Positions 39,862 to 50,724 of a DNA stretch of 64,000 nucleotides are shown in pieces (positions within the stretch are counted from its first letter, which is position 1; each line of letters opens with the position of its first letter). The position numbers were made by a program, and so were the translations under genes. Origin of the DNA: a virus. The DNA lies in the IMG/VR virus record IMGVR_UViG_3300025030_000074, positions 1 through 64,000 of that record, one strand, 5' to 3'. The notes under the pieces are model-generated. The model saw only the letters and a list, made by a program, of their open reading frames with translations. It searched no databases and had not been told where the DNA came from.

Positions 39862-41799
39862 ATGATATATTTGATATCTGATTACCTTGTAGAAGGTATT
39901 CAATCTACTACTATATCTAAGGCTTGGGATGATCTATGGAAAGAGAGTATAATAGGAATAGATACCGAAACCACTGGATTAGATCCTTATCTTTCTGAAG
40001 TAGTAATGCTCCAAATAGGAACATTAGAAAACCAATATATCATAGATACAAGAAAGAGAGATCTATATTATTTAATAGATATCCTGGAAGGCGATAGATA
40101 TACGAAAGTAGGACACAATCTTAAATTTGATTATTCTTTTATCTTAAAGCAATTTGGAATAAATCTAACAATGCTTTATGATACTATGGTAACGGAATGT
40201 GTCCTAAGGGCTGGTCGAAAAGGAATAAAATTTGGGTTAGATGTCCTTTGTAATTTCTATAACATAAACATTTTTCAAAACAATGAGAAACGAGACTTAA
40301 GGAAGCAATTTCTCCATATAGGAGATAAGCCTTTTACAAAAGAACAAGTTCTCTATGGTGCTAATGATATAATAGCAAGTCTAAAAGTCAGAGAAGCCCA
40401 ACTTCCTATCATAAAAGATTTACAACTTGAAAAAACTGTAGAACTTGAAAATGATTTTGTTCCAGTATTAGCCAATATTGAGTTCAATGGAATAGGAGTG
40501 GATAAAGAAAAACTTGAGTCCCTTTGTAAAATATATGAAAACCGTTTAATTATAGCGAGATTACTTCTTAACGAATATATATTTAATCATCCTAAACTAA
40601 GTAAATATATTTCAAATCAGCTAGATATGTTTTCTGATAAAAAGAAATGTACTGTATGCTGGAGTTCTCCCAAAGATGTAATAGAAGTCTTAAATACTTT
40701 AGGAGTATCCACGGAAGTTGTGGATAAATATACTGGAAAGAAAAAGAACAGTTGCGAAGCATCTCATCTAAAGAAGTTTGAAAAAGGATTCGACTTTATC
40801 TCTCCTTATTTAAACTACAAGGAATTAGAAAAGCTTGTTTCTACCTATGGAGAAAACTTAATCCGAAGGATTCATCCTGTAACTAATAGGCTGCACTCAG
40901 ATTTCTGGCAGGTCGTATCGACTGGTAGAGTTTCGTCTCGAGATCCGAATCTTCAAAATCTTCCTAATGATAAAGATATGAGAAGTTGCTTTATAGCCGC
41001 TCCGGGATATAAATTGATAATTTGTGATTACCGACAACAAGAACCTTCTATATTGGCAGATAAAAGTCAAGATGAAACCCTACTTAAGTTTTTTAAAGAT
41101 GGAGAAGGTGATATTCATTCTCTTATTGCATCAAGAATGTATACTATTATCAATGGTAAAGAAACTATTGTAACAAAGACTAATGAAAACAAACATCTAA
41201 GAGCACATGGTAAAACTCTCGGTCTAGGAATGGATTACGGAAAGACTGCTTATACTATCCAATATGATCTTGATGTAAGTAAAGTAGAAGCACAGAAGTT
41301 TGTAGACGCTTATTGGACTAGTTTTCCTGGAAAACGTCATTATTTTGACAAAGAAATATCTAAAGCATTAAAAAATGGCTATATTCTAATAGAAGATGTA
41401 ATAAATAGAATAATGTGGATATCGGATTATACAGAATTCAAATTTCTATCTAATAAAAACTTTAAAGCCCTAACTAAAGAAGAAAGGTCAAAATATTTTA
41501 GGATTAAAGGAAATATAGAAAGAGCGGCCCAAAATTCTCCAATTCAAGGCACCGCTGCTTCTATGACCAAATATGCTTTAATTCTCATACAGAAAGAAAT
41601 AGTAGAAGAAGGTTGGAGTGAAGATGTTAAAATAGTAAATATTTGCCATGATGAAATCATAACGGAATGTACAGAAGAGATAGTAGAAAAAGCTTCTTAT
41701 ATGATACAGAATTGTATGATTATTGCTGGAGAATATTTTTGCAAAACAGTTCCTATAAAAGTTGATCCTATTATATCTAACTATTGGGAAAAAGGATAA
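39862..41799 (+). CDS. polA: DNA polymerase family A with 3'-5' exonuclease
   Basis: DTETTGL, GHNLKFD, TGRVSS..PNLQNLP, DYRQQE, R..GK....G..YG, NSPIQG, CHDE. Confidence 0.97.
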   Translation: MIYLISDYLVEGIQSTTISKAWDDLWKESIIGIDTETTGLDPYLSEVVMLQIGTLENQYIIDTRKRDLYYLIDILEGDRYTKVGHNLKFDYSFILKQFGINLTMLYDTMVTECVLRAGRKGIKFGLDVLCNFYNINIFQNNEKRDLRKQFLHIGDKPFTKEQVLYGANDIIASLKVREAQLPIIKDLQLEKTVELENDFVPVLANIEFNGIGVDKEKLESLCKIYENRLIIARLLLNEYIFNHPKLSKYISNQLDMFSDKKKCTVCWSSPKDVIEVLNTLGVSTEVVDKYTGKKKNSCEASHLKKFEKGFDFISPYLNYKELEKLVSTYGENLIRRIHPVTNRLHSDFWQVVSTGRVSSRDPNLQNLPNDKDMRSCFIAAPGYKLIICDYRQQEPSILADKSQDETLLKFFKDGEGDIHSLIASRMYTIINGKETIVTKTNENKHLRAHGKTLGLGMDYGKTAYTIQYDLDVSKVEAQKFVDAYWTSFPGKRHYFDKEISKALKNGYILIEDVINRIMWISDYTEFKFLSNKNFKALTKEERSKYFRIKGNIERAAQNSPIQGTAASMTKYALILIQKEIVEEGWSEDVKIVNICHDEIITECTEEIVEKASYMIQNCMIIAGEYFCKTVPIKVDPIISNYWEKG

Positions 41800-41984
41800 A
41801 GATATGCTTAATAAAAACAAAAAACTAAGTTATTCTGATATAATAAGTAAATTTCCAAAAGACAGAATACTTAGTACTTTAAAACAATATATGACATTAA
41901 AATCTACTTTTGGAGAAGATTTACAAAAAACTCCTAAAACCTATATCTGCGAATCATTGGTATCTATATTAAAACAAAAAACAA

Positions 41985-42383
41985 ATGTTTAAAGTAGGAG
42001 ATATAATTACAATAAAAAGTTTTGAAGAAATACAAGCATGTTCTACAGAAAATTATATGGGTTTTCGCGAGTCTACAGAAGGTTTTTCTGTTTTTTTTGC
42101 TCCCTTAATGTCTGACATTTGTAATTACACTTTTAGAATAGATGAAATTAATGAGCGGGGAAATGCATGTATACATGGCTGGGAAATAGCTCCCTGGATG
42201 GTAAAATATATGGCAACAAAATCAACCATTAAAAGAAAAAGAAAACTAAGAGTAGGAAATAATGTAGAGCATAAGCAAAATGGTGTTTGTACAGTTTTAA
42301 ACTTAATAGGAAAAAAAGTACTACTTCTTACTAATAGTGGAATAACTTTTTTAAGTGAGAGAAATGAAATTAAATTTATTTAA
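41985..42383 (+). CDS. tandem SH3/KOW-like protein (NLIGK family)
   Basis: MFKVGDII...LRVGNNV...CTVLNLIGKK. Confidence 0.6.
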   Translation: MFKVGDIITIKSFEEIQACSTENYMGFRESTEGFSVFFAPLMSDICNYTFRIDEINERGNACIHGWEIAPWMVKYMATKSTIKRKRKLRVGNNVEHKQNGVCTVLNLIGKKVLLLTNSGITFLSERNEIKFI

Positions 42384-42404
42384 TAACCAATTAATACTAA
42401 AACA

Positions 42405-43259
42405 ATGACAAAAGCAAAAAAGTTTACAAATTTTCGTCCTATTGTGAAGTCAAGACATCCTTCTCATAGGGAATTGAGAAAACAGGTATTTGATTTACTA
42501 CCTTTTAGATCAGTAGTAAGATTAGGATCTTCAACTAAGATGAAAGATGACGTCACCTCTGGAGGAAATAGGGTAGAATGTAATACAATAAACGCAATAG
42601 AGACAAGTTCTGATAAGCTTCTTATGAAGGAAACATTTGCAAGCCATCAAATTCTAACTCCTGAATGGTTTCAGGTTGAAGATTTACGTACTACAGGAGG
42701 AGGACTTTTGGAAGAGAAAATTAATGATCTTCCTTATCCTATAATAGCCAAAAGAATTTATGGATCTAGAGGACGAGGACTTAAAAAGATAGAAACTAAA
42801 GAAGAAATGAAAAAGTTTCTTGAAAAAGATAATATTGATGATTACTACTTTGAAAAATATTATACCTATGCAAGAGAATATCGTTTGCATGTTACTCAAG
42901 ATGGATATTTCTATGCTTGTAGGAAAATGTTAAAAGAAGAAACTCCGGAAGATAAAAGATTTTACAGGAATGATTCTAATTGTGTATGGTTTTTAGAATC
43001 AAATTCTGGCTTTGACAAGCCAGTTAACTGGGATAAAATAGTAAAAACATCCGTAGAGGCATTAAAAGCCGTAGAATTAGACATAGGAGCAATAGATGTT
43101 CTGGTTCAAAGTGCTGTAAACTCATCCGGAGACGATAGAATAGATCCCAAATTCCTAATTCTTGAATGTAATTCGGCTCCTAGCTTTGGAGAAGTAACTC
43201 TTGAAAAATATATTAAGGAAATTCCAAAAGTTTTGAGAAAAAAATTCGAAACAGTTTAA
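42405..43259 (+). CDS. ATP-grasp ligase (RimK-like)
   Basis: DKLLMK, YPIIAK...GSRGRG, EYRLHV, GAIDV, ILECNSAPS. Confidence 0.9.
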   Translation: MTKAKKFTNFRPIVKSRHPSHRELRKQVFDLLPFRSVVRLGSSTKMKDDVTSGGNRVECNTINAIETSSDKLLMKETFASHQILTPEWFQVEDLRTTGGGLLEEKINDLPYPIIAKRIYGSRGRGLKKIETKEEMKKFLEKDNIDDYYFEKYYTYAREYRLHVTQDGYFYACRKMLKEETPEDKRFYRNDSNCVWFLESNSGFDKPVNWDKIVKTSVEALKAVELDIGAIDVLVQSAVNSSGDDRIDPKFLILECNSAPSFGEVTLEKYIKEIPKVLRKKFETV

Positions 43260-43265
43260 GGATAT

Positions 43266-44477
43266 ATGTGCGGATTAATAGGATTTTCAGGAAAAGAAAA
43301 TTTTAATACTGAAAAAATAGGAATGCTCCTCTTATATAATGATATAAGAGGAGGCCATTCCACAGGAATATGGACTAATGAAAAAGATAATATAGTTGTA
43401 AATACAGGAACCGCAGCAGAAGATTTTTTACCCGACTTTAAGATAAATCCTGCAACCATGTTTATAGGGCATACCAGATTTGCTACTATGGGAGCAAGGT
43501 CTAAGGAAAATGCTCATCCATTTAGATATGGAAACGTAATAGGAGCCCATAATGGTACCATTAATAATTGTAGATTAATATGTACCAAATATGATGTAAA
43601 CTATATAGATGATGTAGATGTAGACAGCCAATCTCTATTTATGCTTTTAGATAAGTTGCAAAATGAAGAGATACTGGAAAAATATAAGGGAGCTGCGGCT
43701 ATCTTATTTACAAGAAGCGATGGAAGCTTATATGCATATAGAGATTCTGAAAGACCTTTATTTAGAGGAGAAACTGATGAAGGAATATATCTGTCTTCTA
43801 TAGAATCAAGTCTAAAAACAATAGGATGCATTAGAATAAAGTCTCTCGCTGAAAATTTTTTATATAAAATTGTAGATGGTAAAATCATAGATACAAAAAA
43901 GATAAACAGAAAGAATATTTTAGAAGAGGAAAAAATACAAGAAGATAATAACTCTTACAATGGATATCCAAATAACTCTTACAATGGATATCCAAATACT
44001 AATACACACAATACTGGGTATTCAAATACTGATACCATAAAACATCATCAAAACTGTTTATGTCAACCCTGCATAACTAAAAGAATGGAAGAAGGCCCAT
44101 CTAGGATAATAGAAAGACCTGGGTTTTTTGGTGTTAAAAATTCTATAGAGCCTTCAAAACTTTTAGGAATGAATGGACGGCCTATAAACGAAAATGAAAA
44201 CGATATAGAAACTCCTTTTCTTGATGATTACATAGAAGATAAAAAAGTAAAAAAGGACCCTACTGTATTAAGAGCAGAAGATTTTAAGGAAATAGAAGCT
44301 CAATATTGGAGTATCCTTGAAAACGTAAGGGAAGGATTAAAGGATATAAAAGAGGGAATACCTTATCTCAATGAATTTAATTTAGAAGATGATAAAAAAG
44401 AATTGCTTATGAAAGTAGAGGAAAGCATTGATTTAGTAGAAGAGGATATTTTTGAGATGTTTAAGCTAAATGAATAA
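43266..44477 (+). CDS. class II (Ntn) glutamine amidotransferase
   Basis: N-terminal MCGLIG, RG.HSTG, GHTRFAT, NAHPF, HNGTI, VDSQ. Confidence 0.92.
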   Translation: MCGLIGFSGKENFNTEKIGMLLLYNDIRGGHSTGIWTNEKDNIVVNTGTAAEDFLPDFKINPATMFIGHTRFATMGARSKENAHPFRYGNVIGAHNGTINNCRLICTKYDVNYIDDVDVDSQSLFMLLDKLQNEEILEKYKGAAAILFTRSDGSLYAYRDSERPLFRGETDEGIYLSSIESSLKTIGCIRIKSLAENFLYKIVDGKIIDTKKINRKNILEEEKIQEDNNSYNGYPNNSYNGYPNTNTHNTGYSNTDTIKHHQNCLCQPCITKRMEEGPSRIIERPGFFGVKNSIEPSKLLGMNGRPINENENDIETPFLDDYIEDKKVKKDPTVLRAEDFKEIEAQYWSILENVREGLKDIKEGIPYLNEFNLEDDKKELLMKVEESIDLVEEDIFEMFKLNE

Positions 44478-46200
44478 AGAGAAAAAAGAAATAAAGTTTG
44501 AAATTGGTGATATAGTAACTTGTAGCAAGGAATCAGATTTAGTATTCGGAGTTACCAATTCAAACATGTCAAAAGGCAAGATAAAAAGTATTGAGGATGA
44601 TAAAACTGTTACTATAGAAGTTTTAGAACATAGATGTCCCATATTTATTGGAAGAATAGAAGACGAAGTACCTTTAAAGTATCTTATTTTAATAGAAAGA
44701 AAGCCAAAAGTAAAAAGAGCTCCTAATGGATATGTCACTCTATACAACGGAGAAATATGCAAAAAGGAAAAGGCCTCTTCTCTAGATGGAAAATACTATA
44801 TTAAGGATGTTTCTATGTTTTGCATAGAGAGTAAATGGTATGGGGTAGATAACCCTTCTATTGCTCTCGATAGGCGTAATAATACCTATACTTTAAAAGG
44901 ATATCTTCAATTAGGAATAGTGGGAATAACCAAAGAAGGAATGCCTGAAAAAGGATATTTTAGTAGGTTAGAAAGTTGTCCTGAAGCGAGATTATATGAA
45001 GGAGGTGGCTATAATCAATATTCTATATTAAGTATGGAAGTGGCAGAACAAAATAAGTTCTGGGAATGTCTAAATTCCGGTTACTTTTATGCAAAAGATA
45101 GAATAAGCGAATACTCTGATCTTCATAAAGCTCAACATATAGATTTTAATCATACTATTTATCCTAATGAAATTGAATCAAAAGTCGATAATTTTCAGTA
45201 TGGAATCCTATCTCCTTCTTACGTAATAACGGAAGGAAAGAGATATTCCTATGGAATCGAAATAGAGACCAGTGCTGGAAGACTTCCTGCACATGCTTAC
45301 TATAAGAAGTTGAATTTAAAATGTGTGCATGATGGAAGCATAACGGGAGGAGAATGGGTCACTGGTATCTTAACAGGAGATTCAGGATTTTTACATCTTA
45401 ATAAAATATGTTGCGAGTTGTCAAAGAGATGTTCAGTAGATGCCAAGTGCGGGTTACATATCCATGTAGGAGGAGCATTATTCAACAAAGAATTTACTGT
45501 TTACTCTTACTTATTAGGAAGAAAGTTAGAAAAAGATTTCTTTTCTATAGTACCCCTATCCAGAAAAGAAAACAGATTTTGCAGAATTTTGCCTTTTTTA
45601 GAAGGACTTTCTGATAATAAAACCTATTTGCATTCGGAAAGTATCGTAAGATATCATGAGAGAATAGAGGAAGACTATTCTAAAATATATTCCTATTTAA
45701 GTGGTGGAAGTCCGGCTTCCTTTAATATGAATAAGAAAAAAAGTAATCCAAATGGAAGATATACTTCTTCTAGATATCATTGGTTAAATCTGGTTACATG
45801 CAACTTCTGTACAAGGCACGAAATTCCCATTGATGTAAATAATATAGACTCCTCTTCAAATATATATACAGTAGAATTAAGACTTCCTAACGCAACTTTG
45901 AGTTATGGGAAGATAAAGTCGTGGATACTAATATTTATGGCCTTTGTGTGGTTTGTTGAAAATAGAAAAAGAGATATTCTGGAAAACAAAGACATAAACC
46001 TGGAATATGTAATAGGAGAAGCTTTTCCCAAAAATGGAAAATTTCTTGTGGAATTTATAAAACTAAGAAAAAAACTATTTAGTGATGAAGAAAATAATGG
46101 TATTAATAATGAAGCTTTTGAATATAGGAAGGAAAATAATGCAAGTTACCCAGAAAAAGTGAGCCAAATAATAGAAAACAATAAGAAAGCATGTGTTTGA
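44470..46200 (+). CDS. putative amidoligase (COOH-NH2 ligase superfamily)
   Basis: YGIEIE, HDGSI..GEWVT, CGLHIHVG, SR..N.FC, RY.WLN, TVELR. Confidence 0.88.
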   Translation: MNKEKKEIKFEIGDIVTCSKESDLVFGVTNSNMSKGKIKSIEDDKTVTIEVLEHRCPIFIGRIEDEVPLKYLILIERKPKVKRAPNGYVTLYNGEICKKEKASSLDGKYYIKDVSMFCIESKWYGVDNPSIALDRRNNTYTLKGYLQLGIVGITKEGMPEKGYFSRLESCPEARLYEGGGYNQYSILSMEVAEQNKFWECLNSGYFYAKDRISEYSDLHKAQHIDFNHTIYPNEIESKVDNFQYGILSPSYVITEGKRYSYGIEIETSAGRLPAHAYYKKLNLKCVHDGSITGGEWVTGILTGDSGFLHLNKICCELSKRCSVDAKCGLHIHVGGALFNKEFTVYSYLLGRKLEKDFFSIVPLSRKENRFCRILPFLEGLSDNKTYLHSESIVRYHERIEEDYSKIYSYLSGGSPASFNMNKKKSNPNGRYTSSRYHWLNLVTCNFCTRHEIPIDVNNIDSSSNIYTVELRLPNATLSYGKIKSWILIFMAFVWFVENRKRDILENKDINLEYVIGEAFPKNGKFLVEFIKLRKKLFSDEENNGINNEAFEYRKENNASYPEKVSQIIENNKKACV

Positions 46201-46892
46201 TAATTGCAAAAGAATCCGGCAAGGAGCTTAATGAATCTTTGTTTCCGATTATTGAAAGTGCTTCCAAAATGAATCCTGATGGATTGGGATACATGTTAAA
46301 AAGGAAAAACGAAGCGAGAATATTTATAAGAAAAGGATTACTTAAGGATATAGATGTTATTGAAGAACTTAAAATTTCTGATATACTTCCTGATGATGAA
46401 TTAGTCATTCATTTAAGGCAGGCAACTTCTGGATTAGAGGATGAAAATAATTGCCATCCATTTGTAGTAGCCAATGAAGAGAAAGACATCTTACAAAATA
46501 ATTCTTTTGTAACGCTTCCTTGTCTTTCACATAATGGGATATTTAATGATTTTTCTTATCTAGAAGATGCATTTTCTGATACGTATTACTTTATAAAGGA
46601 ATACCTATCTCCAAGAGAAGTTTTATATAATGAAGAAAAATTAAGGTATCTAACAAAACATCTTAGCTGGAACAAACTAGCTATATTATTTCCTCAAAAG
46701 GATAAAAAGATGTTACTATTAGGAAACTTCTTTGAAGAAGGAAACTATAAGGTATCTAATAGAGGATACAGTTATACATCACCTTACTACAAAGAACAGA
46801 TAAACTTTTATGATGAAAAAGAAACCAGAATACTTCCAAAAAGGACTATAGAAGAAGTATATGGAGAAGATTGGCCTTACTACTGTTATTAA
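46191..46892 (+). CDS. second class II glutamine amidotransferase-like protein
   Basis: MCLIIAK, NPDGLG, HLRQATSG, NCHPF, HNGI, SDT. Confidence 0.88.
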   Translation: MCLIIAKESGKELNESLFPIIESASKMNPDGLGYMLKRKNEARIFIRKGLLKDIDVIEELKISDILPDDELVIHLRQATSGLEDENNCHPFVVANEEKDILQNNSFVTLPCLSHNGIFNDFSYLEDAFSDTYYFIKEYLSPREVLYNEEKLRYLTKHLSWNKLAILFPQKDKKMLLLGNFFEEGNYKVSNRGYSYTSPYYKEQINFYDEKETRILPKRTIEEVYGEDWPYYCY

Positions 46893-46928
46893 TCTTAAAA
46901 TTTTAATAAACTCTCAAAATTTAACGAT

Positions 46929-48194
46929 ATGAATATAAACCCATTGGACAACAAGACAAAAGAACAGGATATTGTATTATCCAAATGGGTAGATACCGGC
47001 TGTAAAGGTACCTATTTAGGAGTAACTGCTATTGGAAAATGTAGGTTGGGAGTTATGGCTGCCGGAAACGATATAAAAGCAAGCGATAACTATTGCTTAA
47101 ATAGGAGATGGCTAATAACAACTCCCACTGAAAATTTAAGGGATAACGAATGGGAGAATGAGTTTAAAAAGTGGGGTTATGAAGAAGAGAAAACTAATTG
47201 GGTCAATATAGAATGTATTCAAAGTGCTTGGAAAAGAAAGGGAGAACATTGGAGAGGACTTATAATAGATGAAGTTCATTCCTCTTTAGGTCCCCAATAT
47301 AGAAAACTATTAGAAAACAACACTTTTGACCTCATATTATGTCTTACGGCAACTTTAGACGATGAAGAGAAAATAGAGTTTTTATCAAAATATGCTCCAA
47401 TATTCTATAGCACCAGTATAGAAAGAGCAAGAAATCTTGATATAGTATCTGATTTTAAGCTGTATAACCTTTCTGTTCAACCAAGTAAAGAGGAAATAGA
47501 AGAATATATAAAAGCAGATAATAAATATAATAAGTATATTACTACTTTTGATGATGGAACTCCTGGAGGAGCCTTTAGAATAGCTAAAATGTGTCTAAAT
47601 ATTAATTTTGCAAAAAATTGGGCATCTAAGATAAAAGGAGATTATTGGATAGTACATCAACATGCTCAACAGGTTTTTGAAGCAATAAGAGAAAGGAAAC
47701 ATATTTGTTATAATGCAGAAGGAAAACTTGATGCCGTAAAAAAGATTTCTGAGAAATTTCCTAGTCATAAAACTATCATATTTTCAGAGTCAATAGACTT
47801 TGCCGAAAGGGTTAAAAATGGCTTAGGAGACAAATGTGTACTTTTTCATTCTAAAATGCCAAATAAGGCACGAAAGAGCTCTTTAGACGAATTTTCTTTG
47901 CCTAAGGGTAGTATAACTACCATTTCAACCGTAAAGGCCTTAAATGCAGGATTTAATGTTCCTTCTTGTAATTTGGGTATTATTACCTCTGGAAGTAGTA
48001 AATCCTTAGACCTTTTTCAAAGATTGGGAAGAACTTTAAGATGGGAAGAAGGAAAAAGAGCCATTTTTATCCAATTATATCTTAACCTAGAATGTAAAGA
48101 TATTATATCACAAGATAGAAAGTGGACTAAAAGACGAAGTAAAGAAGTAAAAAATGTTGAATGGATTAGTAATATTGAACAAATTGTTGAATAA
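46929..48194 (+). CDS. superfamily 2 helicase
   Basis: Variant Walker A TAIGKC, DEVH, LTAT, QRLGR.LR. Confidence 0.9.
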   Translation: MNINPLDNKTKEQDIVLSKWVDTGCKGTYLGVTAIGKCRLGVMAAGNDIKASDNYCLNRRWLITTPTENLRDNEWENEFKKWGYEEEKTNWVNIECIQSAWKRKGEHWRGLIIDEVHSSLGPQYRKLLENNTFDLILCLTATLDDEEKIEFLSKYAPIFYSTSIERARNLDIVSDFKLYNLSVQPSKEEIEEYIKADNKYNKYITTFDDGTPGGAFRIAKMCLNINFAKNWASKIKGDYWIVHQHAQQVFEAIRERKHICYNAEGKLDAVKKISEKFPSHKTIIFSESIDFAERVKNGLGDKCVLFHSKMPNKARKSSLDEFSLPKGSITTISTVKALNAGFNVPSCNLGIITSGSSKSLDLFQRLGRTLRWEEGKRAIFIQLYLNLECKDIISQDRKWTKRRSKEVKNVEWISNIEQIVE

Positions 48195-48195
48195 C

Positions 48196-48507
48196 ATGAA
48201 TGAATTATTTGAAGAGCTTATAGCGCATTATCCTAAAGTTACACCAAATGGAAGGAAACTTCATGGAAACAGGGCTGCTTGCAGAGAGAAATATGACAAA
48301 ATACTCAAAGCAAAACCTTCTATTCATAAGTTTATATTAAGATGTATTGAAGAAGAGCATCTGCAAAGAATGCAGTATTTGAACCAAAACTTCTGGAAAA
48401 TGCTGCAAACATATCTAAATCAAAGAGGTTGGGAACTTTATGAAGATGATGTCAATAAAAAGGATGCTAAAAAGGAAAAAAGTCTTCCCGGAGAGAAGTT
48501 TGCATGA
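48196..48507 (+). CDS. putative replication initiator/helicase loader
   Basis: FEEL...YP...R.L; TYLNQRGWE; overlaps the dnaB start. Confidence 0.5.
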   Translation: MNELFEELIAHYPKVTPNGRKLHGNRAACREKYDKILKAKPSIHKFILRCIEEEHLQRMQYLNQNFWKMLQTYLNQRGWELYEDDVNKKDAKKEKSLPGEKFA

Positions 48508-49400
48508 AATATCAACCTATAGCAGAGGTAGTAAATGAATCTCTTTCCTACATAGAGGACAGAAGTTCAAGAAAGATTGTTCCTCTAAAGACAAGGTGGA
48601 AAAAGTTTAATGACTTAATTGATGGAGGTATGGAATGGGGAAATCTATATACTTTGGCAGGAATATCTGGATCCGGCAAGTCTGCTTTTGCTAACTTGCT
48701 GGAGACAGACTTATTTGACTTAAATCCAAAGGAAAAATTTAAGGTATTATCCTTTAACTTTGAAATGGCTGCATATAGACAAATACTTAGAAAATTTTCA
48801 AACAAGGTAAAAAGAACTGTAGGAGAATTGAAGAGTTCTAATTATACTATTTCAAAAGAGGAAATGGATACGCTGTATCATATAGGAAAGGAAATTTCTC
48901 TTTATGACATTAGCTATATAGATGTGCCAGAAAAAGTAGGACAGGTAAAGAGTTCAATATTAGATTTCCAAAAAGATAATCCTAGTCATAGAATATTTAT
49001 TATACTAGATCATTCTAGGTTAGCAAGAAAAAATAATTCTCAAACGGAACAAGGAATGTTGGATGAAATGTGTAATATGTTTACCGAGATAAAAAAAAGG
49101 CTAGGATGCTCTATTCTATTGCTATCACAGTTGAATAGAGAGATAGAATCAAGAAGTTCTACTCCTTCTATGCACTACCCGGTTCGTTCTGACCTGTTTG
49201 GCTCGGACAGTCTCTACCAACATTCCGACTATGTTTTTGTAATTCATCGCCCAGATGCAATCGGAATCAGATATTACGGACCAGATAGGATTGATGCTAT
49301 AGATAGAATCTTTTTGCATACTTTAAAAAACAGGGATGGAGATACTAAAATAATAACAATGACAAATGGATTGAAATATAATTTAATTGAAGAAGAATAA
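48504..49400 (+). CDS. dnaB: DnaB-like replicative helicase
   Basis: AGISGSGKS, FNFEM, LDH, LSQLNR, SDLFGS, KNRDG. Confidence 0.92.
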   Translation: MKYQPIAEVVNESLSYIEDRSSRKIVPLKTRWKKFNDLIDGGMEWGNLYTLAGISGSGKSAFANLLETDLFDLNPKEKFKVLSFNFEMAAYRQILRKFSNKVKRTVGELKSSNYTISKEEMDTLYHIGKEISLYDISYIDVPEKVGQVKSSILDFQKDNPSHRIFIILDHSRLARKNNSQTEQGMLDEMCNMFTEIKKRLGCSILLLSQLNREIESRSSTPSMHYPVRSDLFGSDSLYQHSDYVFVIHRPDAIGIRYYGPDRIDAIDRIFLHTLKNRDGDTKIITMTNGLKYNLIEEE

Positions 49401-49414
49401 GAAGAAAATAACAA

Positions 49415-50086
49415 ATGGCAACTTTAGTGATGGTCGTAGGTTCAAGTGGAACAGGTAAGACAACCTCTGCAAGAACTCTAGATCCAAAAAAAACCTTTTT
49501 CATAAACTGTGACCAAAAAGATCTTCCTTTCAAAGGATGGATAAGTAGTTACTCAAAAGAAAAAGGAAACTATGCCTCAACTTCCAATACGGAAGAGATA
49601 AAGGATGTACTCAGAGACATAGTTAAAAATAAAAAGGGTACAGAAACAATAGTCATAGATACTCTTAATAGAATTATGACCGATAAAGTCATGAAAGAAA
49701 GAGGTATAACAGGTTTTCAAAAGTGGACTGATTTATCGGGATGTATATATGACTTAATTTCAATAGTAAACAAACAACTACCAGAATACCTTACGGTATT
49801 TGCTCTTTTTCATGAGGAGGCATATTACAGTGATGATGGAATAAAGATAAGAAGAATTGCAACCGAAGGAAAACAGCTTAGTAGAATGTCTATAGAATCA
49901 ATGGGTTCTATAGTTTTGTTTACAACAGTGAAACATTCTGGAAAAGGAGAACCTAATAAATATAATCTTCAAACCCAAACAGATGGACAATCTACTGCTA
50001 AAAGTCCTATGGGGATGTTTGACAACTTCGAAATACCAAATGATTTTCAGGAGGTATTAGAGAAAATAGAGCAGTTTAAAAAATAA
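49415..50086 (+). CDS. AAA (Sak4-like) ATPase
   Basis: GSSGTGKTT, IVIDT, TAKSPMGMF...IPND. Confidence 0.85.
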   Translation: MATLVMVVGSSGTGKTTSARTLDPKKTFFINCDQKDLPFKGWISSYSKEKGNYASTSNTEEIKDVLRDIVKNKKGTETIVIDTLNRIMTDKVMKERGITGFQKWTDLSGCIYDLISIVNKQLPEYLTVFALFHEEAYYSDDGIKIRRIATEGKQLSRMSIESMGSIVLFTTVKHSGKGEPNKYNLQTQTDGQSTAKSPMGMFDNFEIPNDFQEVLEKIEQFKK

Positions 50087-50091
50087 AATTA

Positions 50092-50625
50092 ATGAGTTTA
50101 AAAATAAATTTTAAAGGTGTAGAAAACACCACAAAGGGAACTAGGCTTCCTTTTGGAATTAATGAAGTTACTATAACAGGGATAGAATTTAGCAAAGAAG
50201 ACTGGGAAGGAACTCCTTACGTAGCAGTAACTTTTGTAAATGATGAAGGAGAATTAACAGAAAAATTCTATTTATCAACAGCAGCACTTCCCCGATTAAA
50301 ACATTTGCTAGTAGCATTAGAAGCAGATGAAAGTATAATATCGGGAGAAGTTACAGAAAAACAATTAGAGACAATAACGACTGGAAAGAAAGTAAGAATA
50401 AAAGTCACTGGAAGAGAGTATAAGAATTCAGAAGGATTGGTAAAAGTGGCAAGGCAACTTGATTTTAGTGGATTTGCAGAACCAGTCACAGTTTCCAAAG
50501 AAGATTCTAAATTAAGGTTTAGCAAGGATAGGTTTATAAAAACCTTAACCGGGTACTACAGAGGGGAGGTGGCTGAAGCCAATCATACTCCAACTACTGT
50601 AGAGGCTGATACCGCACCTTGGTAA
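50092..50625 (+). CDS. single-stranded DNA-binding protein (OB fold)
   Basis: Follows the Sak4-like gene and has an acidic tail ending EADTAPW. Confidence 0.7.
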   Translation: MSLKINFKGVENTTKGTRLPFGINEVTITGIEFSKEDWEGTPYVAVTFVNDEGELTEKFYLSTAALPRLKHLLVALEADESIISGEVTEKQLETITTGKKVRIKVTGREYKNSEGLVKVARQLDFSGFAEPVTVSKEDSKLRFSKDRFIKTLTGYYRGEVAEANHTPTTVEADTAPW

Positions 50626-50679
50626 GTTTTTTCATGTTTTTTAGTTTTGGTTTGTTAGTGGTTAGTTAATTCTATAAAT

Positions 50680-50708
50680 AGGAGAGAAGAAAAACTTCTC
50701 TCCTTTTA
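50680..50708 (+). terminator. Rho-independent terminator
   Basis: AGGAGAGAAG-AAAAA-CTTCTCTCCT-TTT. Confidence 0.8.
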
Positions 50709-50724
50709 TATTAAAACGTATAAA

